Positions 62,317 through 64,000 of a DNA stretch of 64,000 nt are shown here, in pieces. Both the position numbers and the translations under genes were made by a program. Origin of the DNA: Bilabrum cf. latius (lineage: Eukaryota); NCBI GenBank assembly GCA_965178125.1, contig OZ237743.1, positions 1,240,001 through 1,304,000 on the forward strand. Direction: 5' to 3'. Positions within the stretch are counted from its first letter, which is position 1, and each line of letters opens with the position of its first letter. A model generated the notes under the pieces. It saw only the letters and a list, made by a program, of their open reading frames with translations, searched no databases and had not been told where the DNA came from.

Positions 62317-63140
62317 GGTGCTGCAACCGGGCGTACTTATTATTGGTTCTCGACTGCGTTGCTCTGGTTCTATATCGGCTTCCTTATTGCCTGCACGATG
62401 ATCAATTCAAATCAAATTAGGAAGCATAGCCAAATAAAAATGATAGAAAAATGTTGGGGCATTCTTCGAGAACGGTGCATGCTCCCAGCACTTGTAGTAC
62501 GAAACCGAGCATTGGGACTATTTGCGCGACACGAGAGGCCAAAAACCATGGCAAGGCGACAAAAAGTACAATCTGAGGCCATTCAGCACGCTTACCCTAA
62601 AATGCGAGGTAGTACTAAACCGTCTCGTCGCTTTTCTTGTTATTTGCGGCTATATTTGCTCTGCTAGAGCTCGACCTCGAGACGTGATGGTGCGCTGCAG
62701 ACGGTCGTCTATCGCACCTTATCTGCGAGAAAAATCGCCGAAAAAATCGAAAAACAGCACGATACAGGTATATTTGATCACTTTATATGGTGTGCATGCC
62801 GGAGGATGCATTTGGTAGCAGCAAACTATCACAGTCGGCAGTACCAGTCAGCCGGTCTAAACTCACTTCCTCCTCGCTAATACAGACGCAAAACATCGCT
62901 TGATACACTATGTAATTGCTGAGAGAGGCTTTTGGATGTCTCGCAAGTAAACGACAGCGAGACGCACGCGCTGGTGCGTTGGTTCTGGTTCAAGGAATAC
63001 CAAAAAATGTAGTTCCGTAGTGACAGAATGCGCGGCGCCAGTTGATCGTAATGTGCAGATTCAACTTGAAATGTCTGGTATATTCGTTGAGATGCGGGAA
63101 TTCAACGTATCACACACATCACTGCACACACATATAGGCA

Positions 63141-64000
63141 ATGCGCGCGGCTCTCGTTGCTTTCTCGGCGCTGACTGTATCTGCTTTTGCAGTAGACCCC
63201 ATCCCGAGTTTTGATGCCCCAGCGTACCTTGGCCGGTGAGATGATGGTAATGCGAGACGATGACGATACAAGTGTCCGCATCCCTTACAGGATGCTAGTT
63301 GAGTTCATCTGACTTCACAACCCCTTTTGGTTTCGTAGATGGTATCAAATGGCTACCGATCCTACCCAAAACGCAACGATTGAGGCTGGAACCAAGTGCG
63401 TCGCGGCAGACTATGGCGTGAACGCCAACAAGACTATCTCAGTGAGTAGGTCTAGTTGAAAGACAACGTGCAAACGGAGGACGCCACAATCCTGCACAAT
63501 CTTCATGAACGTGTGTGTATCCGTCGCTTTGGATGTCGCAGGTGTTCAACCAGTCCCGCCGAAAGAAGGACTACTCATTCGACAACATCTTTGGATGGGT
63601 GAGAGTGCCCAGTACGCGCGATGTTTATGCAGTACAGTATATCTGTAGGCTGCAACTGCGGTGTATCGCGCCCCTGCACTCCAATCGAGCAAAGCACCAT
63701 GCCATTCGTTTCGATTTCTCGCAGGCCGAGGCCACTGATGCCTCCAAGCCCGCCGCCCTCACCGTGCACCTCCAGGGCGTGCCCGTGGGCGCCCCCTACT
63801 GGATCCTCAACATCGGGCCCATCCAGGACAACAAATACCAGTGGAGCGTGGTGTCGGACCCCTTCAAGCTCGGCCTCTTCGTTCTGGCCCGGGACGTGCA
63901 GGAGTTCAACAGCAAGTACGCGAGCGAGGTGTTCACTTGGCTATCGAACAACGGCTTCGACCAGTTCTACAACACGCCCACGCTGACGGACCAGAGCAAC
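63141..64000 (+). CDS. Secreted lipocalin (ApoD/Blc-like), 4 exons, runs off the window end
   Basis: Spliced translation: signal MRAALVAFSALTVSAFA, YLGR|WYQM (lipocalin GxW motif), CVAADY, APYWIL, YQWSVVSDP, LFVLARD. Three GTGAG...YAG introns. Confidence 0.88.

Noticed and set aside
57540-63140. Suppressor tRNA(CUA) or snRNA genes in the AT-richer intergenic gaps
   Set aside because: No cloverleaf with A/B boxes or snRNA signature was found by eye; tRNAscan-SE/Infernal would be needed.

Overview
GC-rich, gene-dense nuclear DNA of a eukaryote with aerobic mitochondria (GT-AG introns, SRP54, mitochondrial F1-ATPase delta, two-pore channel, SPCS3, ITPase). The lineage cannot be fixed from this window. 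The main result is a non-standard nuclear genetic code. The ORF track looks fragmented because most genes are interrupted by in-frame TAG codons (about 75 by hand count, across about 16 genes) and never by TAA or TGA. TAG lies inside poly-Gln tracts and inside domains with fixed architecture (NZF zinc finger, PLAC8, kinase N-lobe, aspartate-semialdehyde dehydrogenase, two-pore channel, GT41), while reconstructed genes end in TGA or, twice, TAA. The most economical reading is UAG=Gln with UAA/UGA kept as stops, a rare decoupling of UAG from UAA. Read this way the window holds about 24 intact genes. These include a 2,100-aa kinase with a tail anchor, an NZF/DPW/NPF endocytic-adaptor-like protein, and three tandem genes sharing an 80-nt identical block. 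All translations and counts were done by hand; no database searches were run.
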